The position numbers were made by a program, and so were the translations under genes. Shown in pieces: positions 10,938-20,466 of a DNA stretch of 64,000 bases. Position 1 is the first letter of the stretch, and every line of letters starts with the position of its first letter. The DNA is from an uncultured Eudoraea sp. (GTDB lineage Bacteria > Bacteroidota > Bacteroidia > Flavobacteriales > Flavobacteriaceae). Where the stretch lies: NCBI GenBank assembly GCA_947258555.1, contig CAMYJF010000002.1:12070-76069 (forward strand), in the 5' to 3' direction. The notes below the pieces were generated by a model. The model did not search any database and was not told the DNA's origin. It saw nothing but the letters and a program-made list of their open reading frames with translations.

Positions 10938-11369
10938 ATGATTGGAATGAACGAATACAAAGAAAAAATTCTTGCCGTTTGCAACGAAATTCGCAAAAAC
11001 ACCCTGATGGAAACATTGGACATCACTTATGTAGATGTAGGGGAAAATTTTCTTGTGGCGAAAATGCCCGTATCGGCTAAAGTACATCAGCCTGATGGCG
11101 TATTACACGGAGGAGCCACTGTAGCCCTGGCGGAAAGTGTTGGCAGCGCCGCTTCCTATGTGTTCCTGGATGGAAATGAGTTTTTTGTTCGCGGGATCGA
11201 GATCTCTGCGAATCATGTCAGGAGTATTAAGGAAGGGGATGTTTTTGCCAAAGCAACCATCATTCACAAAGGGCAGACAACCCAACTTTGGGAAGTCCGT
11301 GTGACCGATGCCGAAGACCGTTTGATCTCTCTTTGCAAACTCAGTACCATTGCCTTACCAAGAAAATAA
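10938..11369 (+). CDS. Hotdog-fold PaaI-type thioesterase (candidate DHNA-CoA thioesterase)
   Basis: HGGATVALAESVGS motif typical of PaaI/YbdB thioesterases. It sits immediately upstream of menF and menD. The start is taken at ATG 10938; ATG 10947 is also possible. Confidence 0.75.
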   Translation: MIGMNEYKEKILAVCNEIRKNTLMETLDITYVDVGENFLVAKMPVSAKVHQPDGVLHGGATVALAESVGSAASYVFLDGNEFFVRGIEISANHVRSIKEGDVFAKATIIHKGQTTQLWEVRVTDAEDRLISLCKLSTIALPRK

Positions 11370-12408
11370 ATCTAGCAGTGACCTTTTTAAAAAGGTGAAT
11401 GCCTGTTTAGAAGGGAATACACCTTTTGTCTTATACAAACTTCCTGGAGCTCAGGAAGTGATCGGGATCATGCGCGACCCGGAAGCCGGGGGGCAACACA
11501 CCCGTTTTATTTTTCATCCCTTTGAAAATGAAGAAAAGGGGTATGAACTTGCTTTTAATGCCGCGATAAGTACCTCTTTAAAAGAAATTCCAGTTCCTGA
11601 ATCAAATGTAGCTTCATCATTGCCGCCTGATACGGATGCAAAGAAGAAGTATTTAAAGTTGGTGCAAGAAGCCCAGGCTGCAATTGCAAAGGATGAATTT
11701 CAAAAGGTTGTGCTTTCCAGAGCAGTAAAACTCCCCGGAAAACAAGACCCACAGCGTCTGTTTTGCCGACTTGCCCACACCTATTCAAATGCTTTTTGTT
11801 ATTGGTGGTACCACCCATCTACCGGGCATTGGCTTGGCGCAAGTCCCGAATTACTGCTGGCTACCCAAGACAATGAAGTAACGATCATGTCGTTGGCTGG
11901 AACCCGCACATCCAAAACGGGAGAAACCGTTAGCTGGGACGACAAAGAAATTGAAGAACAAGCCCTGGTAAGTACCTATATTCGTGATATAGTATCGCAT
12001 CATGGCACGGCTGTGTCTGAGGAAGGACCCCATACCATTCAAGCGGGTTCCTTAGCCCACTTGGGCACTCAATTTAAGGCGAGCCTTCTTTCAGATACTG
12101 CCTCTTTATTAAAAGACCTTCACCCAACACCTGCTGTATGCGGTGTGCCTGCAGACAGCGCCAGGCAATTCATCAGGCAACATGAAGGCTATGAAAGGAA
12201 ATATTATACCGGATACCTGGGCCTGCTTTCTTCTGATCCCGATATTCCTTCTGCACTTTACGTTAATTTACGCTGCATGAAGTGCGAAGAGAATGGTGTC
12301 ACGGTCTATGTGGGCTGCGGAATTACTGCAGCTTCTGATCCCGAGATGGAATGGCAGGAAACAATAGACAAGTGTCAAACCATGTTTAAAATCCTCGATA
12401 TCTCATAA
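11350..12408 (+). CDS. menF: Isochorismate synthase
   Basis: C-terminal chorismate-binding signature (HPTPAVCG, YYTGYLG, NLRC). It has a TTG start overlapping the upstream gene, so the exact start is uncertain. Confidence 0.85.
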   Translation: MPYQENKSSSDLFKKVNACLEGNTPFVLYKLPGAQEVIGIMRDPEAGGQHTRFIFHPFENEEKGYELAFNAAISTSLKEIPVPESNVASSLPPDTDAKKKYLKLVQEAQAAIAKDEFQKVVLSRAVKLPGKQDPQRLFCRLAHTYSNAFCYWWYHPSTGHWLGASPELLLATQDNEVTIMSLAGTRTSKTGETVSWDDKEIEEQALVSTYIRDIVSHHGTAVSEEGPHTIQAGSLAHLGTQFKASLLSDTASLLKDLHPTPAVCGVPADSARQFIRQHEGYERKYYTGYLGLLSSDPDIPSALYVNLRCMKCEENGVTVYVGCGITAASDPEMEWQETIDKCQTMFKILDIS

Positions 12409-12453
12409 CATTGATTGGTTAGCGACTTTCAGCATACTACATTTGCAGGACTC

Positions 12454-14226
12454 ATGAAGCATTCGAGCATACCCGCTGCCCAAATTCTTGTACAATCGTG
12501 CAAGTTGCTGGATATTTCCAGGGTCGTGATCTCCCCGGGGTCACGAAATGCACCTTTAATTATTGGCTTTACGGAGGATCCTTTTTTCTCCTGCTACAGT
12601 CTGGTAGACGAACGAAGTGCCGGCTTCTTCGCTCTGGGAATGGCACTTGAGTCGGGCTCCCCGGTCCTGCTTGTTTGTACTTCTGGCAGCGCCCTCTTGA
12701 ATTACTACCCGGCTATAGCAGAGGCATTTTATAGTGAGATCCCTTTGGTGGTTGTGTCTGCAGACAGGCCTATGTATAAAGTAGATATTGGCGACGGGCA
12801 AACTATCAGGCAAAAAGACATTTTCAAGAAACACTGCGAAATAAATGAAGCCCTGGATCAAGATCTGATTCATGCCACTGAAGAATATTTTAGTGCCCGG
12901 GGATTATCTATGCCCACAGAGTCCGAAATTCTTGAGAAACAGGCAGAACTAAACCGGCGAAATGAAAGTAGGACTCTCACGGCTCTAAAGCAGGCACAAT
13001 CAGACAAGACACCGGCTCATATAAATATTCCCTTTGAAGAACCCTTGTACAATAGGGTAGAAGTCCTCTCTTTTACACCAATCGTCAGCAAAAATGATAT
13101 AGTAGTTGGAAAGGACCTGGGTAATGCAAAAAGTTTCATAACTGACTGGCAGTTGGCAGATCGCAAAATGATCCTTATCGGTCAGTCGAATGTCGCTCCG
13201 CTGAATATGGAAATATGTCGTCAATTAGCAGGAGATCCTTCTGTAATAGTGCTAACGGAGACTACGTCTAATACGCACCATACGACATTTTTCCCAAGTA
13301 TTGACAGTATCATTGCCCCACTTGAAAAGAGGGTTGATAAAGATCAATATTTCAGGTCCTTGCAACCCGATCTCCTGGTAACTATTGGAGGGCAAATTGT
13401 GTCAAAAAAAATAAAAGCCTTTCTTAGGAAGTATCCACCAAAAAGCCATTGGCACTTGGGCACTACAAGGCCAAATAATACCTTTTTCACAGGGGTTGCC
13501 CACATGAACCAGGATGCCTCAGAAAGCATGGCCTTGGCCTTACATACAAATGACGATCGAGCATCGTCTTACCGGATTTCCTTTGAGGATATCAAATCTA
13601 CATATCAGATCGGCAGGGAGAAATACCTGGGTCAAATAGCCTTTTCCGATTTTAGTGCTTTTGCAGAGATCCTTTCGAGACTGCCGGAAGGTATTGCAGT
13701 GCATTTTGCCAACAGTTCTGCCATAAGATATGCGCAATTATTTCATATGCAGGCATCAAACAAGGTGCATTGCAATAGGGGAACCAGTGGTATTGAAGGC
13801 AGCACTTCTACGGCTATTGGGGCTTCCGTTGTAAGCGAGAAACCAACAGTACTTATAACCGGTGATCTTGGCTTCCTTTATGACAGCAATGCCTTATGGA
13901 ATGAGTATCTAAGACACGATTTCAGGGTGATCGTCATTAACAATGGCGGGGGTGGGATTTTCAGGATCCTCCCGGGCAAGGACAACTCAGAGGTTTTTGA
14001 GAAATTCTTTGAAACAGCACATAAAAGGGACTGTAAGTTCATATGTGAAGATCACGGACTTGTGTATGAAGCCGTTTCTAATTTAGACGCACTCCGGCAA
14101 AGTTTGAATGCCTTCTACCAAGAATCAGAAAAACCAAAGCTTTTAGAAGTTTTCACGCCCCGACTTGATAACGACCAAATTTTGCTCTCGTATTTTGATT
14201 TTCTATCTTCGGAAATATCTGAATAA
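12454..14226 (+). CDS. menD: 2-succinyl-5-enolpyruvyl-6-hydroxy-3-cyclohexene-1-carboxylate (SEPHCHC) synthase
   Basis: ThDP-enzyme signature (GSRNAPL, CTSGSA, GDLGFLYDSNAL, NNGGGGIF). ATG 12454 is preferred over TTG 12415. Confidence 0.9.
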   Translation: MKHSSIPAAQILVQSCKLLDISRVVISPGSRNAPLIIGFTEDPFFSCYSLVDERSAGFFALGMALESGSPVLLVCTSGSALLNYYPAIAEAFYSEIPLVVVSADRPMYKVDIGDGQTIRQKDIFKKHCEINEALDQDLIHATEEYFSARGLSMPTESEILEKQAELNRRNESRTLTALKQAQSDKTPAHINIPFEEPLYNRVEVLSFTPIVSKNDIVVGKDLGNAKSFITDWQLADRKMILIGQSNVAPLNMEICRQLAGDPSVIVLTETTSNTHHTTFFPSIDSIIAPLEKRVDKDQYFRSLQPDLLVTIGGQIVSKKIKAFLRKYPPKSHWHLGTTRPNNTFFTGVAHMNQDASESMALALHTNDDRASSYRISFEDIKSTYQIGREKYLGQIAFSDFSAFAEILSRLPEGIAVHFANSSAIRYAQLFHMQASNKVHCNRGTSGIEGSTSTAIGASVVSEKPTVLITGDLGFLYDSNALWNEYLRHDFRVIVINNGGGGIFRILPGKDNSEVFEKFFETAHKRDCKFICEDHGLVYEAVSNLDALRQSLNAFYQESEKPKLLEVFTPRLDNDQILLSYFDFLSSEISE

Positions 14227-14247
14227 TCCACACAAAGTGTATATCAA

Positions 14248-14592
14248 ATGGCTAATAAGAGAGATGAATTAGTAGAAAAGTATGCAATACACATCCAAGA
14301 AAAATTTGGAGAAACCCCGGACACTGAATTTTTATACCGTGTTACCGTTGCCTTGGGCCCATCTATCTATAATCGCGATTCGGCCACTGTGTCCAGTTCT
14401 GATGAGAGTGAACTTGAGCGGGTAAAGAATAATTTTCTCATTAAAAAACTGGGAATGACTGATGGTCCTGAGCTCATGGAGGCCATTCATAAGGTCATGT
14501 CTGTTTACGGAGCATCTGTCCGGACTAAATATCGAGCTGTAGTGTATTATATGCTCGCAAGGCACTTCAAAAAAGAGGGTGTTTACTCCTAG
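14248..14592 (+). CDS. DUF2853-like small protein
   Basis: 114 aa. The pattern GPSIYN...DSATVS...ELE.VKNNFLIKKLG ... YRAV.YY...HF matches my recollection of DUF2853. Confidence 0.55.
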   Translation: MANKRDELVEKYAIHIQEKFGETPDTEFLYRVTVALGPSIYNRDSATVSSSDESELERVKNNFLIKKLGMTDGPELMEAIHKVMSVYGASVRTKYRAVVYYMLARHFKKEGVYS

Positions 14593-14772
14593 GTTTCTAC
14601 CCTCAATTTGATGGTTTTTAGCCATTCGCACTTCATCGATGACGCCCTTATACTTGGCACGTCATATACTTTAAACTATTACAAAACGTTGATAAGTATA
14701 GAGGGTGAAATTATTTTGCGGTGCGTCATTAATTACATACATTAGCAAAAACCCCCTAAACATCTTAACATT

Positions 14773-15372
14773 ATGCCTTTTATAGAAGAAAGCGATCTAC
14801 TGGATCTGCACAAAGACATTGATAAAGCGCAGATCATAAATGAACGTCTCTTAGACCAGATCAAATACAAAAACAAAGAGCTTAGAAAAAACAAAATTCA
14901 GCGAAACGTCTTTGCCGGAATTACAGGTTTACTGGCTGTGTTTATTCTTGCATTTACTTCATTTTCAGCGGGATTAAGCAGTAATAGATTTAGCAGGCAG
15001 GATACAAATTTGCTTGTTTCAATTGATAGCCTGGATGCAGTTAAAACACGAATTGATAATCTCAAAGCACAAAATGATGAGCTGAGCCTGGTGAAAGAAT
15101 TCTACCTGGCTAAACAATTTCTTGAAAAAGAAACGGTCTACTCCGTTCAGGTGCAATCCTTTGTGGACAATAATTTAACGCTTGCCTCTGATGCACTGAC
15201 CAATACATTATTTGCTAAAGCCAATCCATATTATTCCTATTCCTTAGGCACTTTTGAAACCTTGAAAGAAGCTCAGGATTTTAGAAAACAATTAGTAAAA
15301 ATTGGTTTCGATGATGCTTTCGTAGCATCCTATAAAGATGGTCAACGATTAAAAATAGAATCACCGAATTAA
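14773..15372 (+). CDS. Membrane-anchored coiled-coil protein with C-terminal SPOR-like domain
   Basis: One TM helix (FAGITGLLAVFILAF). The C-terminal YSVQVQSF...LGTFETLKEAQDFRKQLVKIGFDDAFV resembles SPOR repeats. Confidence 0.5.
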   Translation: MPFIEESDLLDLHKDIDKAQIINERLLDQIKYKNKELRKNKIQRNVFAGITGLLAVFILAFTSFSAGLSSNRFSRQDTNLLVSIDSLDAVKTRIDNLKAQNDELSLVKEFYLAKQFLEKETVYSVQVQSFVDNNLTLASDALTNTLFAKANPYYSYSLGTFETLKEAQDFRKQLVKIGFDDAFVASYKDGQRLKIESPN

Positions 15373-15409
15373 TTCTACACTAGTATCAGCTTGGATCAGG
15401 GCCGCGCGT

Positions 15410-16282
15410 TTGCGCACCATTCCACTATCGGTATCCGGAATTTTAATGGGTACAGGCCTGGCCTGGCGAGAAGGATTTTCAGATACCCCGGTTACCATTT
15501 GGGCACTTATAACTACGATCTGTTTTCAGATAACTTCCAATTTTGCCAACGATTATGGCGATGGGGTCAAAGGAACCGATAACGCCAATAGGGTAGGGCC
15601 GGACCGGGTCGTGCAATCGGGCTTGTTAAGTGCAGCCGCCATGAAACGCGGTGTTATAGTCATGGTGGGATTGAGTTTATTGAGTATCGTCGCCGTCGTG
15701 GCCTCTGCATTTGGTACAGAAAATATTGGCTTTTTTATTCTTTTTTCAATCCTAGGTGTCTTTAGTCTTTGGGCTGCGATTAAATACACTGTTGGATCTA
15801 ATGCCTATGGATATAGTGGCCTAGGCGACATCTTTGTTTTTGCCTTCTTTGGCTTGCTAAGTGTTTTGGGATCCTATTTCTTATATACAAAGCAGCTTAC
15901 GGCAATTAGCTGGTTACCGGCAGTGGCGATAGGCCTGCTTTGTACGGCCGTACTCAACTTAAATAACTTAAGGGATATAGAGAACGATAAACAATCTGGT
16001 AAGCGAACACTAGTTGTTCAAATAGGCAGAAAACAAGGGCGCATTTATCATTTTATTCTCCTCAGCGGGGCATTGATTTGTATGCTTCTTTTTAATATAC
16101 TTGAATCCAATCGTGGCATCCTGCTTCTTCACCTGTTAGCCTTCATTCCTTTACTAGTGCATGCGCTGAAAATCAGAAAGATAGATAATCCATCCGGGCT
16201 AGACCCCGAGCTTAAAAAAGTAGCCCTAAGCACCTTTGCGCTATCCCTGTTGTTTTTGATGGGATATTATTATTTTTTGTAA
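15410..16282 (+). CDS. menA: 1,4-dihydroxy-2-naphthoate polyprenyltransferase
   Basis: UbiA-family motifs (NDYGDGVKGTD, polytopic membrane protein). The true N-terminus probably lies upstream of the first canonical start (see findings). Confidence 0.88.
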   Translation: MRTIPLSVSGILMGTGLAWREGFSDTPVTIWALITTICFQITSNFANDYGDGVKGTDNANRVGPDRVVQSGLLSAAAMKRGVIVMVGLSLLSIVAVVASAFGTENIGFFILFSILGVFSLWAAIKYTVGSNAYGYSGLGDIFVFAFFGLLSVLGSYFLYTKQLTAISWLPAVAIGLLCTAVLNLNNLRDIENDKQSGKRTLVVQIGRKQGRIYHFILLSGALICMLLFNILESNRGILLLHLLAFIPLLVHALKIRKIDNPSGLDPELKKVALSTFALSLLFLMGYYYFL

Positions 16283-16317
16283 TTTGGGGTCATATAAATT
16301 TCTAACACGCACTAACT

Positions 16318-17073
16318 TTGGATCAACCGATTAAGATCCTCATTGTAGAGGACAATGTGATTATTGCAGATGATATGCAATCCATGCTGGAAGAAATTGG
16401 CTATGAGATTGTAGATAATGTGATCGTTTATGAGCAGGCAGAAGAAGTGCTCAAGAATAATGAAGTAGATCTGGTTCTGATCGATATTATTTTAGCTTCA
16501 GACAAAACAGGTATAGATCTGGGTCAGCATATCCGGGAAAAATATAATATACCTTTCATTTTTGTTACCTCGAATTCCGATAGGGCTACTGTTGAAAATG
16601 CGAAGTCGGTCAAACCAAATGGCTATTTGGTGAAACCCTTCGAACAACAGGATCTCTATACATCCATCGAGATCGCGCTGTCTAATTTTGACTACAACGC
16701 GGCCACTGAAGGAGGAACCCCGGGAGTTGCGCATGTGGAAAGTGCAATGGGGAATTCTGTTTTAAAAGATTCCATCTTTGTTAAGAAACAGCACTTATAT
16801 TACCGCATTCAATTTGAGGATATCCAGTTTATCAAGGCAGATAATGTCTATTTGGAAGTGAATACGGCAGACAAGAAATTTCTGGTACGTTCGCCTCTGA
16901 AGGACTACCTGGAGAAATTGCCGAAGCATAAATTCTATCGGGCGCACAAGTCCTACATCGTTAATGTAGACCATATTGATGCCATTAATTCCAAGGATAT
17001 TATGATCAACAATACGTTGATCCCTATTTCTAAAGACTTTAAGGAATTCATCATCTCAGCGATGAACTCTTAA
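16318..17073 (+). CDS. LytTR-family response regulator
   Basis: Receiver domain (ILIVEDN ... DLVLIDI ... KP) plus a C-terminal LytTR DNA-binding domain (FYRAHKSYIVN). TTG start. Confidence 0.88.
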   Translation: MDQPIKILIVEDNVIIADDMQSMLEEIGYEIVDNVIVYEQAEEVLKNNEVDLVLIDIILASDKTGIDLGQHIREKYNIPFIFVTSNSDRATVENAKSVKPNGYLVKPFEQQDLYTSIEIALSNFDYNAATEGGTPGVAHVESAMGNSVLKDSIFVKKQHLYYRIQFEDIQFIKADNVYLEVNTADKKFLVRSPLKDYLEKLPKHKFYRAHKSYIVNVDHIDAINSKDIMINNTLIPISKDFKEFIISAMNS

Positions 17074-17154
17074 GGACCGGCTTCTCTAGTTCACAAAACG
17101 TATTTCATAGGATAAATATGCCCTTTCGGCAGACTTACCACATGAATTGCCCCT

Positions 17155-17286
17155 TTCACAACAATAATTTCCTCACAGGATGGGACCACACTATATTCGT
17201 AGAAGAATTAAGAAGTTAATTTTTTCATTTTCATATAGTGTTCTCGTAAAAGAGCTTTGTCGATCCGATAAGGCTCTTTTCTTTTT
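17155..17286 (+). ncRNA. Candidate small-RNA module A: box TTCACAACAA, box TCATTTTCATATAGT, then a terminator
   Basis: Conserved boxes at 17155-17164 and 17225-17239, followed by the strong hairpin and T-run at 17248-17286. No credible ORF. Confidence 0.25.
17248..17286 (+). terminator. Intrinsic terminator in the ORF-poor gap
   Basis: AAAAGAGC...GCTCTTTT stem, extendable to about 14 bp with wobbles, followed by cTTTTT. Confidence 0.6.
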
Positions 17287-17384
17287 GGGTATATGCTCGA
17301 TAAAAATCTTACAAGGGGCAGATCTACACTCCATGAAATACCAATAAATCCGATGAAATACATGGACAAAAAAAATGTCATCTT

Positions 17385-17533
17385 TTCACAACAAAAATCT
17401 ATAGTTACACAACATAATCCCCAAGCAGACATATCTATCTTGTATTTTAGACATGGTTTAACAACCGCCCAAATCTTATCATTTTCATATAGTTTGAATG
17501 AAAAAGGCTATGCAGTACATGCATAGCCTTTTT
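17385..17533 (+). ncRNA. Candidate small-RNA module B (paralogue of module A)
   Basis: The same two boxes recur at 17385-17394 and 17479-17493, followed by a 14-bp perfect hairpin at 17501-17533. Confidence 0.25.
17501..17533 (+). terminator. Intrinsic terminator, 14-bp perfect stem
   Basis: AAAAAGGCTATGCA gtaca TGCATAGCCTTTTT. A second weaker hairpin follows at about 17539-17560. Confidence 0.65.
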
Positions 17534-17799
17534 ATCTTAAGGCCTCATAATAAGAGGCTTGCGATAATAAAATCATTTCAATTTTTAAGTGATGGGGAAA
17601 ATTGTGGGCAAGGTTGCTTAAACGGAAAGTATCATTGCATATTTATAGACCTATTGAGGTTCTGCTGTATACACCACAATTCATGTTTTAACCGACAACA
17701 AAAAAAAGGTGAATCCGTTTATTAATCGTGCATATACCGATGGAGCCGGAATGCTAAAATGTATCGAGACCAGATCAAAATAAAGATGCCCAGGATGTT

Positions 17800-19761
17800 A
17801 TGGCAAGATTGCTAAAAATATTCTTGATAACGATTCTCTTGTTAGGCTATAACTCGCTGAAGGCACAGACTATTCCTATATCTGACCTCAACTTCCTGGA
17901 TGAATTCAAAGCGACAGCGGGAGCAGAGAACAGATACCAATTCTTTTACAATACGATAAACCGATATAACGAGAATTCGGCTTATGACTGGCTAGATGCG
18001 GTTACGATATTCATCAGGGATGCAGAGCGTGAACAAGATTCTGTGGGTATAAAATTCTACCAATTTATGCGCTCTCAGATCCACTACGATCTTGGGGATT
18101 ACGACAAGAGTGTGGAATTGGCACGAGACCTTTACACCACAGACAATGGCTTTAGTCAACCTGTCGTTTCACGACTACTCGATCTGATGGACGCTAACTA
18201 TGCCGCCTTAAAACTCTATGAGAAACAAATTGAGGTTCGTAAGTTTAAGCGGGAACTGGGCGTAACCGAAAATATAGCCTTCTACGACATCTACTCTAAT
18301 CTTGGTTTGCACAGGCAGGCTATGGAAGATTACATTAACGATGTAAAAAAAACAATACCGGATTCAGACCTCTACGGACTTGCCAAATACAACAATCAAA
18401 TAGGGCAGTATCTGCTTATGGATGGATCTCCATCAGTAGCCCTTGCCAATTTTACAAAAGCAAGGAGCTTCCTTAAAATATTTTTGGCGGATATTAATAT
18501 GGTCAAAACAGCTCGTGAGATCCAGGGAGCTAATTTATTACAAGGCATTATCGAGGGGAACATTGGGAAGTGCAAATTAAATCTCAAACAATATGAAGAA
18601 TCCCTGGCCTATCTGGAAAATAGCCTGTCCCTCATAAAGGAATATAATATTGGCGTGTTTTCAGAGGAGCTGGTTGAAATCACCCTGGCCCTTGCCGAAA
18701 GTCATTTGCGCTTGAATAATCCGGAGATGGCCCTGGAGTATCTCAATTCCAATATCCAGCTAAAGCAAGCCGATCATTTACTTCGTTATAACAGACTTAC
18801 AGCTTCCTACTTCAATTCCATTGGCGACTTTGAACGGGAATCTGATTATCTCAAACGAAATGTCCGGATCCAGGACAGCATTAAGCAGTTAGAATCTACA
18901 TTGCGAAAGCAACAGTTAGTAGCGGTCGTAGCTAAAGAAGACCTGGATAGTTCTAAAAAACTGATCGATGAGCAGAAGGAGGAAATGAAGCGCGCACGGA
19001 GTGATCTTGCAGCTAAGGACGACAGGATCACCCTGGTATTTATTTCACTAGTGTTTACCTTACTGGGTTTTGCAGGACTGGTATATGCCTACTTAAAAAG
19101 TATTAAGAATCAGCGATTGATCGCTGAGCAGAAATTCATTATTGAGAATTCACTTGTTGAAAAAGATTCTTTGCTAAAAGAGATCCATCACCGGGTGAAG
19201 AACAATCTTCAGATGGTTTCCAGTCTGTTAAGTCTGCAAACTAAGAATACAAGATCTAAGGCGGCCATTGAAGCATTGGAAGAAGGAAAGAGTCGGGTAA
19301 AGGCCATGGCACTTATCCATCAAAAACTATATCAGAACGACGACCTTTCCGTTATTGAGATGCAGGGCTATATCGAAAGCCTGGTAAACAGCGTGCAGTC
19401 TGTCTTCAAAAAGGGAAGCTCAAAGATCAACATAACAATTGACGCAGAAGGCGTGGAGCTCGACATTGATCGCGCGATACCCTTCGGATTAATACTGAAT
19501 GAATTGGTTTCCAACTCATTTAAATATGCCTTCCCGGATGAAAAAGACAACGGTAAGATCTACATCCACCTTCGGAAGAACAAGGAACAAGGATTTTTTG
19601 AATACACAGATAACGGAGTTGGCCTGCCGCCCAATTATGAAGATCAGGTAGACACCTCTATGGGGATCAAACTTATCAATCGTCTGGTCAACCAGCTTCA
19701 ATCTACTCTTAACATAGATAAAACTAGCGAAGGGGTTCGTTTTTGGTTCAATTTTAAATAA
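17800..19761 (+). CDS. Sensor histidine kinase with N-terminal periplasmic TPR region, one TM helix, and HisKA_2-type plus HATPase_c core
   Basis: Signal peptide, TPR-like repeats, TM helix (ITLVFISLVFTLLGFAGLVYAYL), H-box EIHHRVKNNLQMVSSLL, and an N-box ELVSNSFKYAF. Confidence 0.85.
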   Translation: MARLLKIFLITILLLGYNSLKAQTIPISDLNFLDEFKATAGAENRYQFFYNTINRYNENSAYDWLDAVTIFIRDAEREQDSVGIKFYQFMRSQIHYDLGDYDKSVELARDLYTTDNGFSQPVVSRLLDLMDANYAALKLYEKQIEVRKFKRELGVTENIAFYDIYSNLGLHRQAMEDYINDVKKTIPDSDLYGLAKYNNQIGQYLLMDGSPSVALANFTKARSFLKIFLADINMVKTAREIQGANLLQGIIEGNIGKCKLNLKQYEESLAYLENSLSLIKEYNIGVFSEELVEITLALAESHLRLNNPEMALEYLNSNIQLKQADHLLRYNRLTASYFNSIGDFERESDYLKRNVRIQDSIKQLESTLRKQQLVAVVAKEDLDSSKKLIDEQKEEMKRARSDLAAKDDRITLVFISLVFTLLGFAGLVYAYLKSIKNQRLIAEQKFIIENSLVEKDSLLKEIHHRVKNNLQMVSSLLSLQTKNTRSKAAIEALEEGKSRVKAMALIHQKLYQNDDLSVIEMQGYIESLVNSVQSVFKKGSSKINITIDAEGVELDIDRAIPFGLILNELVSNSFKYAFPDEKDNGKIYIHLRKNKEQGFFEYTDNGVGLPPNYEDQVDTSMGIKLINRLVNQLQSTLNIDKTSEGVRFWFNFK

Positions 19762-19785
19762 CTTTAGAACCTAATCCTCTTTGTT

Positions 19786-20466
19786 ATGACTATTACTTTT
19801 TTGGGCCATGCCGGCCTTGCAATTTCTGTTGGATCCTACAGTCTTGTAGTAGACCCTTTTATTAGCGGCAATGAGAAAGCTAAGGGTAAAATTTCCCTTG
19901 CTGATCTGAGTCCGGATTATATTTTACTGACCCACGCACACCAGGACCATATCCTCGATGTAGAATCTCTGGCATCTGCCCATGATCCTGTTATTGTCAG
20001 TAATTATGAAATAGCTACGTATTACGGGAATAAAGGCTTTAAATCCCATCCACTAAATCATGGAGGACAATGGCATTTTGATTTTGGAACGCTTAAGTAT
20101 ACGCAAGCCATTCATACTTCCTCTTTTCCCGATGGTTCCTATGGGGGACAACCCGGCGGCTTTATTCTTTCGGCCGAGGACAAGCATCTGTATATTGCCG
20201 GTGACACGGCCCTTACATATGACATGAAATTGATACCTGCCCGATATGAGTTAGACCTGGCAGTGCTGCCTATTGGGGATAATTTCACCATGGGGATCGA
20301 TGATGCGGTCATTGCATCTGAATTCCTGGAATGCAAAAAAATTATGGGCTATCACTATGACACTTTCGGCTATATAGAAATAGACCATGAAGAGGCGCGC
20401 AAAAAATTCAGCGCAGCAGGAAGAGAATTGCAGTTGTTGGAAATCGGGGCTTCGCTTAAGGTGTGA
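19786..20466 (+). CDS. Metal-dependent hydrolase, MBL fold (UPF0173-like)
   Basis: LLTHAHQDH (HxHxDH) motif; 226 aa. Confidence 0.8.
   Translation: MTITFLGHAGLAISVGSYSLVVDPFISGNEKAKGKISLADLSPDYILLTHAHQDHILDVESLASAHDPVIVSNYEIATYYGNKGFKSHPLNHGGQWHFDFGTLKYTQAIHTSSFPDGSYGGQPGGFILSAEDKHLYIAGDTALTYDMKLIPARYELDLAVLPIGDNFTMGIDDAVIASEFLECKKIMGYHYDTFGYIEIDHEEARKKFSAAGRELQLLEIGASLKV

Noticed and set aside
17208-17725. Three 74-77-aa ORFs in the RR-HK gap (17208..17432 on the minus strand; 17293..17526 and 17498..17725 on the plus strand)
   Set aside because: Their composition is Cys/His/Phe-rich and non-protein-like. They overlap one another, and two run through terminator hairpins. The region is better explained as non-coding (see the sRNA-like modules).
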